Source: Mobula hypostoma (taxonomy: Eukaryota). From it: a DNA stretch of 64,000 nt. The DNA lies in the NCBI RefSeq assembly GCF_963921235.1, contig NC_086108.1:23064001-23128000 (forward strand). Reading direction: 5' to 3'. Positions 26,536-37,364 of this stretch are shown here, one piece after another. Below the pieces are notes generated by a model. The model saw only the letters and a list, made by a program, of their open reading frames with translations. It had not been told where the DNA came from and did not search any database. A program made the position numbers and the translations under genes. Each line of letters opens with the position of its first letter. Position 1 is the first letter of the stretch.

Positions 26536-27117
26536 TCTTTTGGTCTACTACAGTACAGAGAGGTACTGGAGAACTAATACTTGTAGCTTGTGGGGTGGGT
26601 GTGAAAGACTTGAGAAGAGATTGGAGTGGGGTGATGGATAACTCAATTGCAAATTTGTTCTGAATAACTTTAGAACGTTATGTCTCCAGTAGACTTGATT
26701 ACATTCCTGGGCGCCAGATAAGACGTCACTGGCGCCATCGCTAAGCGACGATCTATTAAAACAACAGTTTCTCGCAAGAGTTCTGTTGGGGTCTTGATTA
26801 TGTGTTATACTATGTTTGAGGCGGAAATGGTTTTAATTATATAGGTTAACAGGTTTGTCCAGGTTTTTTTTCTTGTCTCTTTGATATGATTGTCTATGAG
26901 AACTGCTTTGTCTTTCTAATTTGTTGGTGCTGGAAGGGGGGCGGTTAATGTTAATGATCAGTGTCTGACATTGCTAAGTGACACTCACAGATGTTACTAA
27001 GTAAAGGGTTGAATGCGAGGAGTGATGTGGGGGGTGGGAAGGGGGTACCTCAGGGCTCCACCACCAACTTATAACAACAGATCCAGGGGAAGAGGAGCAA
27101 CACAGATAAGTTAGAAA

Positions 27118-27723
27118 CATCTTCTAAATGATGACTCCCACCTTTCCCTTACAGAAAAAAACACACAAAAGTCTGGCTGGCAGGCCTGACTGCAGCTAAG
27201 AAGATTGTAGTCCAGCATTGGAAACCTCCCCATGATATTTCAAATACTCACTGGCTTCAGAGCTTTTTGGACATTTGTTACCTGGAACTTTCATCAGCAA
27301 GAGTAAATGATGCACGAACAGACACAATCTTAATGTGGACAAATTTGATATCTAACTTAAAAGATCTTTTGTTAAAACAGGAATGCTTTGTCTGTGTATG
27401 TACTACTATTCAGTTGGTTGGTAGAGGGGAGAGGGATGGGGGAGAGAGGGATGGAGGGGAGAGGGATAGGGGAGAGAGGGGTGGAGGGGAGATGGATAGG
27501 GGGAGAGAGGGGTGGAGGGGAGAGGGATGGGGGAGAGAGGGATGGAGGGGAGAGGGATAGGGGAGAGAGGGGTGGAGGGGAGATGGATAGGGGAGAGAGG
27601 GGTGGAGGGGGAATGGTGATGAAGGTTGGGGGGTGGCTGGGTTAAACAGTCAAAATGTAATTGGCAACTCGTTGTATTGAATGTAATTTGTTGGTGTTGC
27701 AATAAAAAATTAGTAATAAAAAA
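27118..27723 (+). mobile_element. L1-clade LINE 3' end
   Basis: VWLAGLTAAKKIVVQHWKPPH..W..FLDI.YLELSSAR (fish-type L1 ORF2 C-terminus); caataaaaaattagtaataaaaaa tail. Confidence 0.85.
27424..27612 (+). repeat. Purine-rich ~15-bp minisatellite within the L1 3' UTR
   Basis: gagggatggagggga / gatagggggagagaggggtgga variants. Confidence 0.9.
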
Positions 27724-27912
27724 GAGTGTGTGTCTAAGGCCTCTGCATTTCAATCATATCTGTAACCCAGCATGCCTTCCACACTTCTATTTTCTTACGG
27801 GGAAACTGCACTCGTGACCTGAGTCTGCCATCAGAGTACACTGATTTTGAGGATCAATACATTTTTTCAACATCTTAAAACAATGTTGTTTACTGAAGTA
27901 CTCATGCCTGTC

Positions 27913-28103
27913 CCCCCTCCACCCCTCTCTCCCCCCATCCTTCTCCCCTCCACCAACCAACTGAATAGTAGCGCATACACAGACGAAGCATTCCTATTTT
28001 AACAAAGGATAGTCGTTTAAGTTAGATATCAGATTTGTCCACATTAAGACTGTGTTTGGTCGTGCATCATTTACTCTTGCTGATGAAAGTTCCAGGTAAG
28101 AAA
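27913..28103 (-). mobile_element. Second fragment of the same L1 family, inverted, without poly(A)
   Basis: Reverse complement matches 27271-27445 (gacattt.ttacctggaactttcatcagcaagagtaaatgatgcacga..); flanked by tgtc at 27909-27912 and 28104-28107. Confidence 0.9.
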
Positions 28104-28514
28104 TGTCAGCAGTAGTAGTCCTAAATAGGAATATTTGATGATTTGCATCAGAGCTGCAGGCAACGAGTCACCACTTATCAGCATCATCTTCGGAGATCTT
28201 TCTCCGCTCTAATGATTGATTGATAATCTCTGAGTTTTCTTCTCTTAATTTTGTTAAGAACTTTTGTAAGTTATTTTGATTCTGGTGCAATTGCTAGGCT
28301 ACGTTCGATCCTACAAACTCTGAATTCCTCCTGCAGGCTGTTCTCAGAGAGATCCAAAGCATCTTCAATCCCCATATGGGACAACTGTGAAAGACAGAGA
28401 CAACTTGTAATGTATTTAATATTTCAGTAATATTTGAGTAATATTGTAAATGCATCGTTTGATTAAGCATTCTTTGTTTACATAATACATTTCAGTTTAT
28501 ATGCAAGAAGTGTA

Positions 28515-29121
28515 ATACAAAGGTCTTAGGCCCATGTAAAAAATTCTGTAAATTGAAGATGCTTTCAAAAATAATGAAATGTTAAGTTTCTAAATATCAA
28601 AAAACATACTATAAAGAGCAGTAAACAGTAAAAAGCTAAATCAAATCGATATTTTGTGTGACCAGCCTTTACCTTTAAAACTGCATCAATTCCCTTAGGT
28701 ACGCTGTTGTGCAGTTTCATAAGAAAGTCAGCTGGTAGGTTGTTGCAAGCATCTTGGAGAACTTGCCACAGTTCTTCTGAAGACTTTGGCTGTCTCACTT
28801 GCTTCTGTGGAATTCTCTGCCACAGGAAACAGTTGAGGCCAGTTCATTGGCTATTAAGAGGGAGTTAGATATGGCCCTTGTGGCTACGGGGGTCAGGGGA
28901 TATGGAGGGAAGGCTGGGGCGGGGTTCTGAGTTGGATGATCAGCCATGATCATAATAAATGGCGGTGCAGGCTCGAAGGGCCGAATGGCCTACTCCTGCA
29001 CCTATTTTCTATGTTTCTATGTTTCCAGGTAATCCCAGAGAGCTTCAATGATGCTGAGATCAGGGCTCTGTGGGTACCATCTGAAACGTTATAAAAAACC
29101 TAGGGTGTCTAAGGCTCTTGC
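28515..29121 (-). mobile_element. Deleted Tc1/mariner element inserted in the Gypsy LTR
   Basis: ORF 28565..28798 PKSSEELWQVLQDACNNLP..IDAVLKVKAGHTKY (Tc1 transposase C-terminus); TIR remnants caaaggtcttaggc / gtctaaggctcttgca. Confidence 0.8.
28806..29022 (+). mobile_element. Young CR1 3' end nested in the Tc1 element
   Basis: Nearly identical to 19440-19655. Confidence 0.95.
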
Positions 29122-29834
29122 ACCATGTCATATGTGAGCGCTTTACTAAAGCAAAACTATGAACAAGTACTCCAGGCTCCAGTGTTTTCCTTTTGATTAG
29201 TTTCTGGAGTTACAAACCGTAACAGTGGAGATAAGTGAGTCTTAAAATGAACCCGAAATGACCACCTACCTGTTGAAGCACAGCAAAATGTTCGAGTTAA
29301 AAAAACACAGCACGTGTTTCTTTGGAAGGGGAGAGAGATGAAAGAGTTAAAACAAAGGTAGAAAAAGGACAAAATTCGCGGGTTCATAGACAGTAAGTAT
29401 TGGGTGATAATAATAAATTTAAAAGATGGCTACATTGGAAAGACACACGGATTTTGTTGCACAATAGTACCTGGATGATGTATAATGAATGAATTGAGCA
29501 GTATTTTAAAGCCATTGTCCAATGAAAAGCTAGTGTCAGTGTTGCTGAGTGCAACTGGTGGAATAGCATACAGTTTGCTTAGAACTTTAACTGCTCAAAA
29601 AAAAAGCCAAAATGAGATTTTCTGATATCATGAAGGTAATGCAGGGACATTTAGAACCAAAACCATTGTTGATTGTTGAACACTTTAGGATTCATAAGCA
29701 GAATCAAAAAGAAGGGGAGCCCATTTCAGCCTACATGACTGAATTGAAGGAATTGTCCAAGTATTTTCAGTTCCATGATGGGCTTAAAGATGCACTAAAG
29801 GTCATCTAATTTGTGGAATCTTTCAAGAAAGCAT

Positions 29835-30686
29835 TGTTACGTACCCTGTAACCGGGTTGCCAAACCAGCAGAAATGGATCACTCAGTTGGAGTCTGGATT
29901 ACTAGAACTAAGAAAGTTTTATTAAAGAAACAAGCAACACAGTAATCGAAAGGATAATAAATGCAACAGTTCAGCAATGATAAACACACATGTGCACAGA
30001 ATTAAGATAACAGCATCAATCAAGCTCTATCGTTGTCTAGGGGTAAATGACCAAACTTCAAAGTGACACAAAAGTTCAGTTCGATTTAATAGTTCAGTTC
30101 GCAGTAATCGTTGCCATGGCGATGGACAACGTGGGGGGAGGGAGAGACAGAACGAGAACGACTGATCATTCAGAAACGGCTTCCACTCACAGACCGGCGA
30201 TATTGCTCACAAGCAGCAGCTCCCGGGCGGGTCCTTTGTGATGTCACCTGAGGTCACCGACTGTGACCCCTCCTCCAGATGCGGTCGATCCTCTGCAGTG
30301 AACCCGGCACCCAAGCGAGGGTGGACACACACCGGGTTCCCGCTGATCGTACCTTTCCACCCTGTGCGTTTAAGGTCCGGTACTTCCCACCGACTTGTGG
30401 GAGGCGCACCGCTTCCAGGGTCTCGTTACCTCGGGTGTCGTGTGTGTCCTGCCTTAGCGAACCTGTCCCTTTTTATCCCCCTGCTGGGGCATCGCCCGTC
30501 CATCACTTCAAACAGTTCAGGGTTCAAAGGGGGAGCCGCTCCAGACAGCTCTCTCTCTCCCGTCCCTTCATTACACATCTCCAGATGCTGCTTTATTGTC
30601 CCTTATCTCTCCTTCCCCTGAGGACAGGTGGCAGACCAACTGCTGATCTCACAGGACAGCTAACATCTATGTGTATTCTCGTCACA
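29835..30686 (-). mobile_element. Solo LTR (852 bp) inserted in Gypsy gag
   Basis: tgttac...gtcaca ends; 4-bp TSD gcat (29831-29834, 30687-30690); removal restores QESIQKQL; strand inferred from aataaa position. Confidence 0.9.
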
Positions 30687-31526
30687 GCATTCAAAAACAG
30701 CTCCAAATAGAAGCTCACCTTACATTTAAAAAAGAGCAGTTGAAATTGCTGTATCAATGGAAACAGCAGACATAGACGCAAGTGAATTGTAGTCAGGAAT
30801 GAAAGTCAATGTGAACTAAATTGCAACATCTAAACAGAAATCTGCCTGGCCGAACAAATTGTGGCATGGGCTCACAGACACTAGATCAATGCAGGTTTAA
30901 AGGCAAAACTTGCAGAAAATGCAACAAAGTAGGATGCATACAAGAGCATACAAGGCAGACAAAACAAATGGACTGTACAGGGAAGAGGAAAAGATACAAG
31001 TCAAGTTGCAGTTTCAAAAAGAGCACTGAAGTGCATGCTGTTGATGAAAATTTTGATAATGGTAAGAGTGACACAGGACAAAGTAGACCTGAGACTTACA
31101 AGGTGAAAGCCAGCAAGTGACGGTTACACCAGAAGTGAACAGCAAATTGTGGGGTCTGCACTTGGGTTTCCAGGTGATCTTGCTACCTCCCAAAAATTGT
31201 GCCAGTTAATGCTGTAAATTCCCCTGGTGGGCAGGTGAATGGTAGAATCTGACAGAAATGTATAATTATTGTAAATGGGTGGTTGATGATTTGTGCGGAT
31301 TCAATGGGCTGAAGGGTTGGGGTTCCATGCTACACAGCTGCAACAAGGCATAGTTGGGGAATTGAGGATTATCTGGAAAAGACAGGTAGGTGGAGATGAA
31401 TCCATAGTCAGATCAGCCATGATCTTATTGAATGACAGAGCAGGTTCGATAGGCCAGATGGTCTACTCCTGCTCCTACTTCTTATGTTCTTATGCTCTTG
31501 TCAGTTAACATGTGCTCTCATTGTGT

Positions 31527-31715
31527 TGGGCACGTGGCCAAGTGGTTAAGGCGTTCGTCTAGTTATCTCAAGGTCGCTAGTTCGAGCCTCAGCTGTGGCA
31601 GCGTGTTTGTACCCTTGAGCAAGGCACTTAATCACGCATTGCTCTAGTCTGTGCGAGCAGTGGCGCCCCACACAGACTTCCAATCTGCGTCTTGTAAGGC
31701 ATGAAAATGCCGACG
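31527..31715 (+). mobile_element. tRNA-derived SINE head and body
   Basis: gtggccaagtggttaaggcg (A box), agttcgagcc (B box), ccttgagcaaggcactta; same family as 54950-55240. Confidence 0.8.
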
Positions 31716-31799
31716 TTCCCTCCCCTCCCTCATTATAGGTACGCAATTCCATGGAGACATTTATCAGGAACCCTTATGCAGGGCTTCTAGTATTATTGA

Positions 31800-32158
31800 G
31801 GATCCCACTCATCCATGCAGCATCCTCTTTGATTTTCTACCATCAGGCGGGAGACTCCGATGCATAAAGACAAGAACAGTCAGGATGGAAAATTGTTTCT
31901 TCCCTCAGACCATTAGGCTACTGAACTCCCTGCCGCATCACATTCAAAGTGTCACTGGTTAATCTATCCTGTACCTTACAATATTTAATTTATTCACCTT
32001 AGTTTGTTATTTATGCATGATTCATCTGTAGATTTTGTCCTTACTTTCACAAGTTACTGTGTGTTATGTGTTCTACTGTGCTTTACACCCTGGTAGGGGG
32101 AAATATCTCATTTGATGGGATACATGTTTATAGTTAAATGAAAATAAACTTAATTTGA
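31800..32158 (+). mobile_element. Rex1/Babar LINE 3' end
   Basis: LPSGGRLRCIKTRTVRMENCFFPQTIRLLN. Confidence 0.75.
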
Positions 32159-33486
32159 CAATCGAAACACCCAAAATATTGAAGTAAACTACGCAATTGT
32201 TACTAGTAAAATTGTAATCTGCTGTTATCTTTGTGATTAAAGTGTATAAAACCCTGACGAATTTTAAGTTCATATTCTTCTAGGAAGGTCACCCACTATG
32301 TCTCCTCTCAGTGCCTGCTTTCGCTGAATAAAGGAGAAATGTGCAAATTCCACACAGGCAGAGGTTAGGGTTGAAATTGAGGCTCTGGTGCAGAGGCTCA
32401 GCCAGTTGTGCTTCTGTGCCTTTGTGTCTCAAGTTATAGAGTAGGCTCCCATAGTAGGAGGAGGCAAGGTGCTGAAACCATGCTGGTTCTAATGCCAGGT
32501 ATGTATTATCCATTTCCTCTGCGTATCACCAGTGTCTTTCATATCATTTATTAATATACTGTAATGCTGAGACCCAGTTCTAACATCTGGAGGCATCTGG
32601 CTGTTTCATGCGGAGATCTGAATGTTAATCCGAATGCAACTTCTGGTTAGGGAATGGACGAAATAGAGGTCCAGTTTACATTCCAGCATCTGAATTGAAG
32701 CCATGCAGTTTTCTATAGTGTTTAGTCTCGTGAGCAGACACCTGATTAGATGGAGAAGTGGACATCTGGAACTTGCAGGGGATGATGAGATTTTACAAGG
32801 GACGTACATAGAGCAGGACCCAAATTGAGTGGTCACAGAGTAGAACCAAGCTTTCACTTTTATTTCATTATGTTCTTTATGAAGTGAGAAAATATTGGCA
32901 GTACTCAAAGGTCAGGCAGGATCTTTGGAGAGGGAAAATTGATTTAAAATTCCATATAAGACCGTAAGACACAGGAGAAGAATTAGGCCTTTTGGCCTAT
33001 TGAGTCTGCTTCACCATTTAATCATGGCTGATCCTTTTTTCCCCCTCCTTAGCCCCACTCTCCAGCCTTCTCCCCATATCCTTTGATGCTATGTCCAATC
33101 AAAAACTTATCAAGCTCTGCTTCCAAGTTGCCTGTGGCAATAAATTCCACAAGTTCACCACCCTCTGGCTAAAGAAATTTCTCCATAATTGCTGTTTTAA
33201 ATGGAAACCCCTCTATCCTAAGGTTGTGCCCTTTTGTCCTTGACTCCCCCGCCATGAGAAACATCCTTTCCCCATCTACTCTGTCTAGGCCTTTCAATAT
33301 TCGAAAGGTTTCAATGAGATCCCCGCTCATTCTTCTAAATTTCAATGAGTACAGACCCAGAGCTATCAAACATTCCTTCGAATCTTTCATTCCTGGAATC
33401 ATCCTTGTGAACCTCCTCTGAACCCTCTCCAATGCCATTACATCTTTTCTTAGATGTGGAGCCCAAAACTGTTCACAATAGTCAAG

Positions 33487-33587
33487 CAACACACATCAAA
33501 GTTGCTGGTGAATGTTGCAGAAACAAGTTCGGTGGGGCAGGAGCAAGCTGAGACAATAGGTCTGCCAGGACAGGCAGGTTTGTGGAA
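33487..33587 (-). mobile_element. 101-bp Penelope mini-insertion
   Basis: 10-bp TSD aatagtcaag (33477-33486, 33588-33597); HKPACPGRPIVSACSCPTELVSA RT fragment joined to Penelope terminal sequence. Confidence 0.8.
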
Positions 33588-34002
33588 AATAGTCAAGGTC
33601 AGGCCTCACCAGTGCCTTATAAAGCCTCAGCATCACATCCCTGCTCTTGTACTCTAGATCTCTTGAAATGAATGCTAACATTGCATTTGCCACTGACTCT
33701 ACCTGCAAGTTATTCTTTAGGATGTTCTGCACAAGGACTCCCAAGTCCCTTTGCATCTCAGATTTTTGGATTTTCTCCCCGTTTAGAAAATAGTCTGCAT
33801 GTTTATTTCTACTACCCAAGTGCACGACTATTCATTTTCCAACATTAGATTTCATTTGCCACCCTCTTACCCATTCTCCTAATCTACCTAAGTCCTTCTG
33901 CAGCCTTCCTGTTTCCTCAACACTACCTGCCTCTCCACTAATCTTTGTATCACGTGCAGACCTGGCAACAAAGCCACCTATTCCATCATCTAAATCACTG
34001 AT

Positions 34003-34577
34003 GGTGGTGTCATCAGTTAGTCTCGCAAGACCATGGATCTGCGCCTGGAAAGTTTCAGGGTGCAGGCCTGGGCAAGGTTGTATGGAGGACTGGCAGTTGC
34101 CCATGCAGCAAGTCTCCCCTCTCCATGACACTGATGTTGTCCAATGGAAGGGCAAGGGCCGATACAGCTTGGCACCAGTGACGTCACAGGGGTTGCCAGA
34201 ACAAAGTTGAAGGCAATGTCAGACTGCCTTAGGGACTCCAGCTCTGGATTTGTCCTCAGGGTTTACTCCCGAAGCATTTCCCATGAGTGGGTATGGCCGC
34301 AAGGCAGCGGTGGTTTGAAATCAGAGTTTTCCCTCTCTTAGGTGGACTGCCTTCCCAGGCTGAAGAGCTCCATCTACCCGAAGCACTGGTTTTAAGGCAT
34401 CAGGACCTGCCTTCGTCCCATCTCCTGTCAGTAGAAACAGTTCCGCCGAGCTTAGAGGCTAAGCCACATGAGAAGGCCAGGAGTTGGACTTGGTTGTCAG
34501 AGGCTATTGAGGCGCATGCCGTGAGGAGCACTTTTAGGTAGTGGGAGCTTGTCCGCACTACCACCCCTCAGCTTGAC
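34003..34577 (-). mobile_element. Non-autonomous retroelement (probably RTE-derived)
   Basis: 10-bp TSD aatca(c/t)tgat (33993-34002, 34578-34587); shares about 180 bp with the SINE at 54950-55240. Confidence 0.65.
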
Positions 34578-37364
34578 AATCATTGATATACAGCATAAAA
34601 AGAAGTGGTCCCAACACTGACCCCTGCGGAACACCACTAGTCACTGGCAGCCAACCAGAAAAGAATCCTTTTTATTCCCAGTTGCTGCCTCCTACCAATC
34701 AGCCAATGCTACCAATCATGCCAGTCACTTTTCTGTAATACTGTGGGCTCTTAACTTGGTAAGCAGCTTCATGTGTGGCACCTTGTCAAAGGCTTCCCGA
34801 AAGTCCAAGTATACAACATCCACTACATCCCCTTTATCTATCCTACTTGTAATCTCAAAAACTTCCAAAAGGTTTGTCAGGCAAGATTTTCACTTAAGGA
34901 AACCACGCTGACCTTGTCCTTCTTGTTCTGTCATCATGTACTCCGTGACCTCATCCTTAACAACTGATTCCAGTATCTTCCCAACCACTGAGGTCAGGCT
35001 AACTGGTCTAAAACTTCCTTTCTGCTGCCTTCCTCCTTTCTTAAAGAGTGTAGTGACGTTTGCAATTTTCTATCCTCTGGCACCATACCAGAGTCCAATG
35101 ATTTTTGAAAGATCAATACTAGTGCCTCCAGAATCTCTACTGCTACCTCTTTCAGATCTTTTGGGTGTAGTTCATCTGGTCCAAGTGACTTATGTACCTT
35201 TAGGTCTTTCAGCTTTTTGAGTATCTTCTCCATTGTAATAGTAACTGCACTCACTTCTCTTTTCTCACACCCTTCAGCATCTGGCACACTGCTAGTGTCT
35301 TCCACAGTGAAGACTGAATCAAAATATAATTTAGTTCATCTGCCATCTCCTTGTTCTCCGTTATTATTTCTCCGAACTCATTTCCTAGCTGTCCTATATT
35401 CACTCTCAACTCTCTTTAATTTTTTACATTTTTCAAAAAGCTTTTACTATCTACTTTGATATTGTTTACCAGTTCACTTTCATATTTCATCTTTTCCCTC
35501 CTAATGATTCTTTCAGCTGCTCTCTGTGGGGTTTGAAAAGCTTCGCAATCCTCTGTCTTTCCAATAAGTTTTACCTTGTTGTATGCTCTCTCTTTTGCTT
35601 TTACATTAGCTTTGACTTCCCTTGTCAGCACTGTTTTGCCATTTTAGTATTTCTTTGTTTTTGGAATACATCTGGCCTGCAACTTCCTCATTTTTCCCAG
35701 AAACTCAAGCCATTGCTGTTCTCCTGTCATCCCTGCCAGCATCTCCTTCCAATTTACTTTGGCCAACCCTTCTCTCATACCACTGTAATTTCCTTTACTC
35801 CACTGAAATACTGCTACATCAGAATTTACTTTCTCCCTATCAAATTTCATGTTGAACTCAATCACATTGTAATCACTGCCTCCTAAGTGTATTAAGCTCC
35901 CTAATCACCTCCAGTTCATTACATAACACCCAGTCTAGTATAGCTGATCCCCTAGTAGGCTCAATGACAAACTGCTTTAAAAAGCCATCTCGTAGGCATT
36001 CAACAAACTCACTCTCTTGAGATCCATTGCCAACCTGATTTTTCCAATCGACCTGCATGTTAAAATCTCCCCATGACTATCATAACATTGCCCTTTTGAC
36101 TCGCCTTTTCTATTTCCCATTGTAATCTGTGGTCCACAACACAGCTACTGTTGGGAGGTCTGTATATAACTGCCATCAGGGACTTTTTACCCTTGCAGTT
36201 TTTTAACAATCCACAAGGATTCAACATCTTCTGATCCTATGTCACACCTTTCTCATGATTTGATACCATTTTTTACCAGCAGAGCCACACCACCCCCTCT
36301 GCCTACCTTCCTATTCCTCCAATATAACGTATAACCTTGGACATTCAGCTCCCGACTACAACCATGTAGTGACGGCCACAACAGCATACCTGACAATCTG
36401 TAATAATGCAACAAGATCATCCACCTTATTTCTTACACTCTGTACATTGAGATATAACACTTTGAGTATGGTATTTGTTACCCTTTTTGATTCTGCATCC
36501 CTAATGTACTGATACTCACCCAGCTGGCTGCAATTTTGTCCTATCATCTGCCTGCCCTTTCTGACAGTCTGCAAGCTATCTTGGCATTATTAACCATCTG
36601 TCCTATCCTGAGTCCCTTCACCCTGGTTCCCACCCCCCTGCCAAATTAGTTTAAACCCTCCCCGACTGCTTGAACAAATCTGCCCCCGAGAACATTGGTC
36701 CCCCTTAGATTCAGGTGCAACCCGTCACTTTTGTACAGGTCAGACCTCCCCCAGAAGAGCTCCCAATGATCCAAGAACCTGATGCCCTGCCACATGCACC
36801 AGCTTCTCAGCCACACATTAATTTGCCACATCATCCTGTTCCTACCCTCACTGGCATGTGGCACAGGTAGCAATCCAGAAACTACTACGCGGGAGGTCCT
36901 GTTTCTCAGCTTTCTGCCTAGCTCTCTAAATTCACTCTTCAGGACCTCTCTGCTTTTTCTTCCTATGTCATTGGCACCAATATGTACCACGACATCCGGC
37001 TGCTCTCCCTCTCCCTCCAAATTCCTGTGCACACAACCCGAGACATCCCTGACCCTGGCACCTGAGATGCAACATACCAGTCAGATGTTCTGTCCACATC
37101 CACAAAATCTCCTGTCTGTTCCCCTGACTATTGAGTGCCCTATAACTACCACTCCCCTTTTTACACTCTTTCCCTTCTGCACCATGGTCCTTTGCTCAGT
37201 GCCAGTAACCCAGTCTCCATGACCTCCTGGGAGGTCATCCCCTACAACAGTATCTAAACGGTATGTTTATTATTGAAGGGAATGGTCACAGGGGTGCTCT
37301 GCGCTAGCTGCCTATTCACATTTCCATTTCTTCTCTCACCCAGCTACTAACCTCTTGCAGCTTC

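Larger units (their letters stand above)
26541..28405 (-). pseudogene. Unclassified degraded ORF-bearing element split by two L1 insertions; candidate endogenous viral element (J-domain/T-antigen-like)
   Basis: Joining 28383-28108, 27912-27721 and 27114-26551 gives one frame of 344 codons with 6 internal stops; splice acceptor gttgtctctgtctttcacag just before 28384; J-domain-like N-terminus by eye. Confidence 0.35.
28406..31150 (+). mobile_element. Gypsy LTR retrotransposon 5' part: LTR (28406-29224, split), PBS-like site, degenerate gag
   Basis: TG..CA ends followed by gtggag; gag HLEPKPLLIVEHFRIHKQNQKEGEPISAY..LKELS, zinc-knuckle region CRFKGKTCRKCNKVG. Confidence 0.85.

Noticed and set aside
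27050..27116. SNLSVLLLFPWICCYKLVVEP resembling hepadnavirus RT motif A
   Set aside because: Catalytic Asp absent and no YMDD nearby; shows how easily short matches arise by chance.
31527..31600. tRNA gene
   Set aside because: A and B boxes run into a SINE body with no acceptor stem or terminator.
32190..32296. Minus-strand WVTFLEEYELKIRQ resembling a retroelement RNase H end
   Set aside because: Too short, no supporting flanking motifs.
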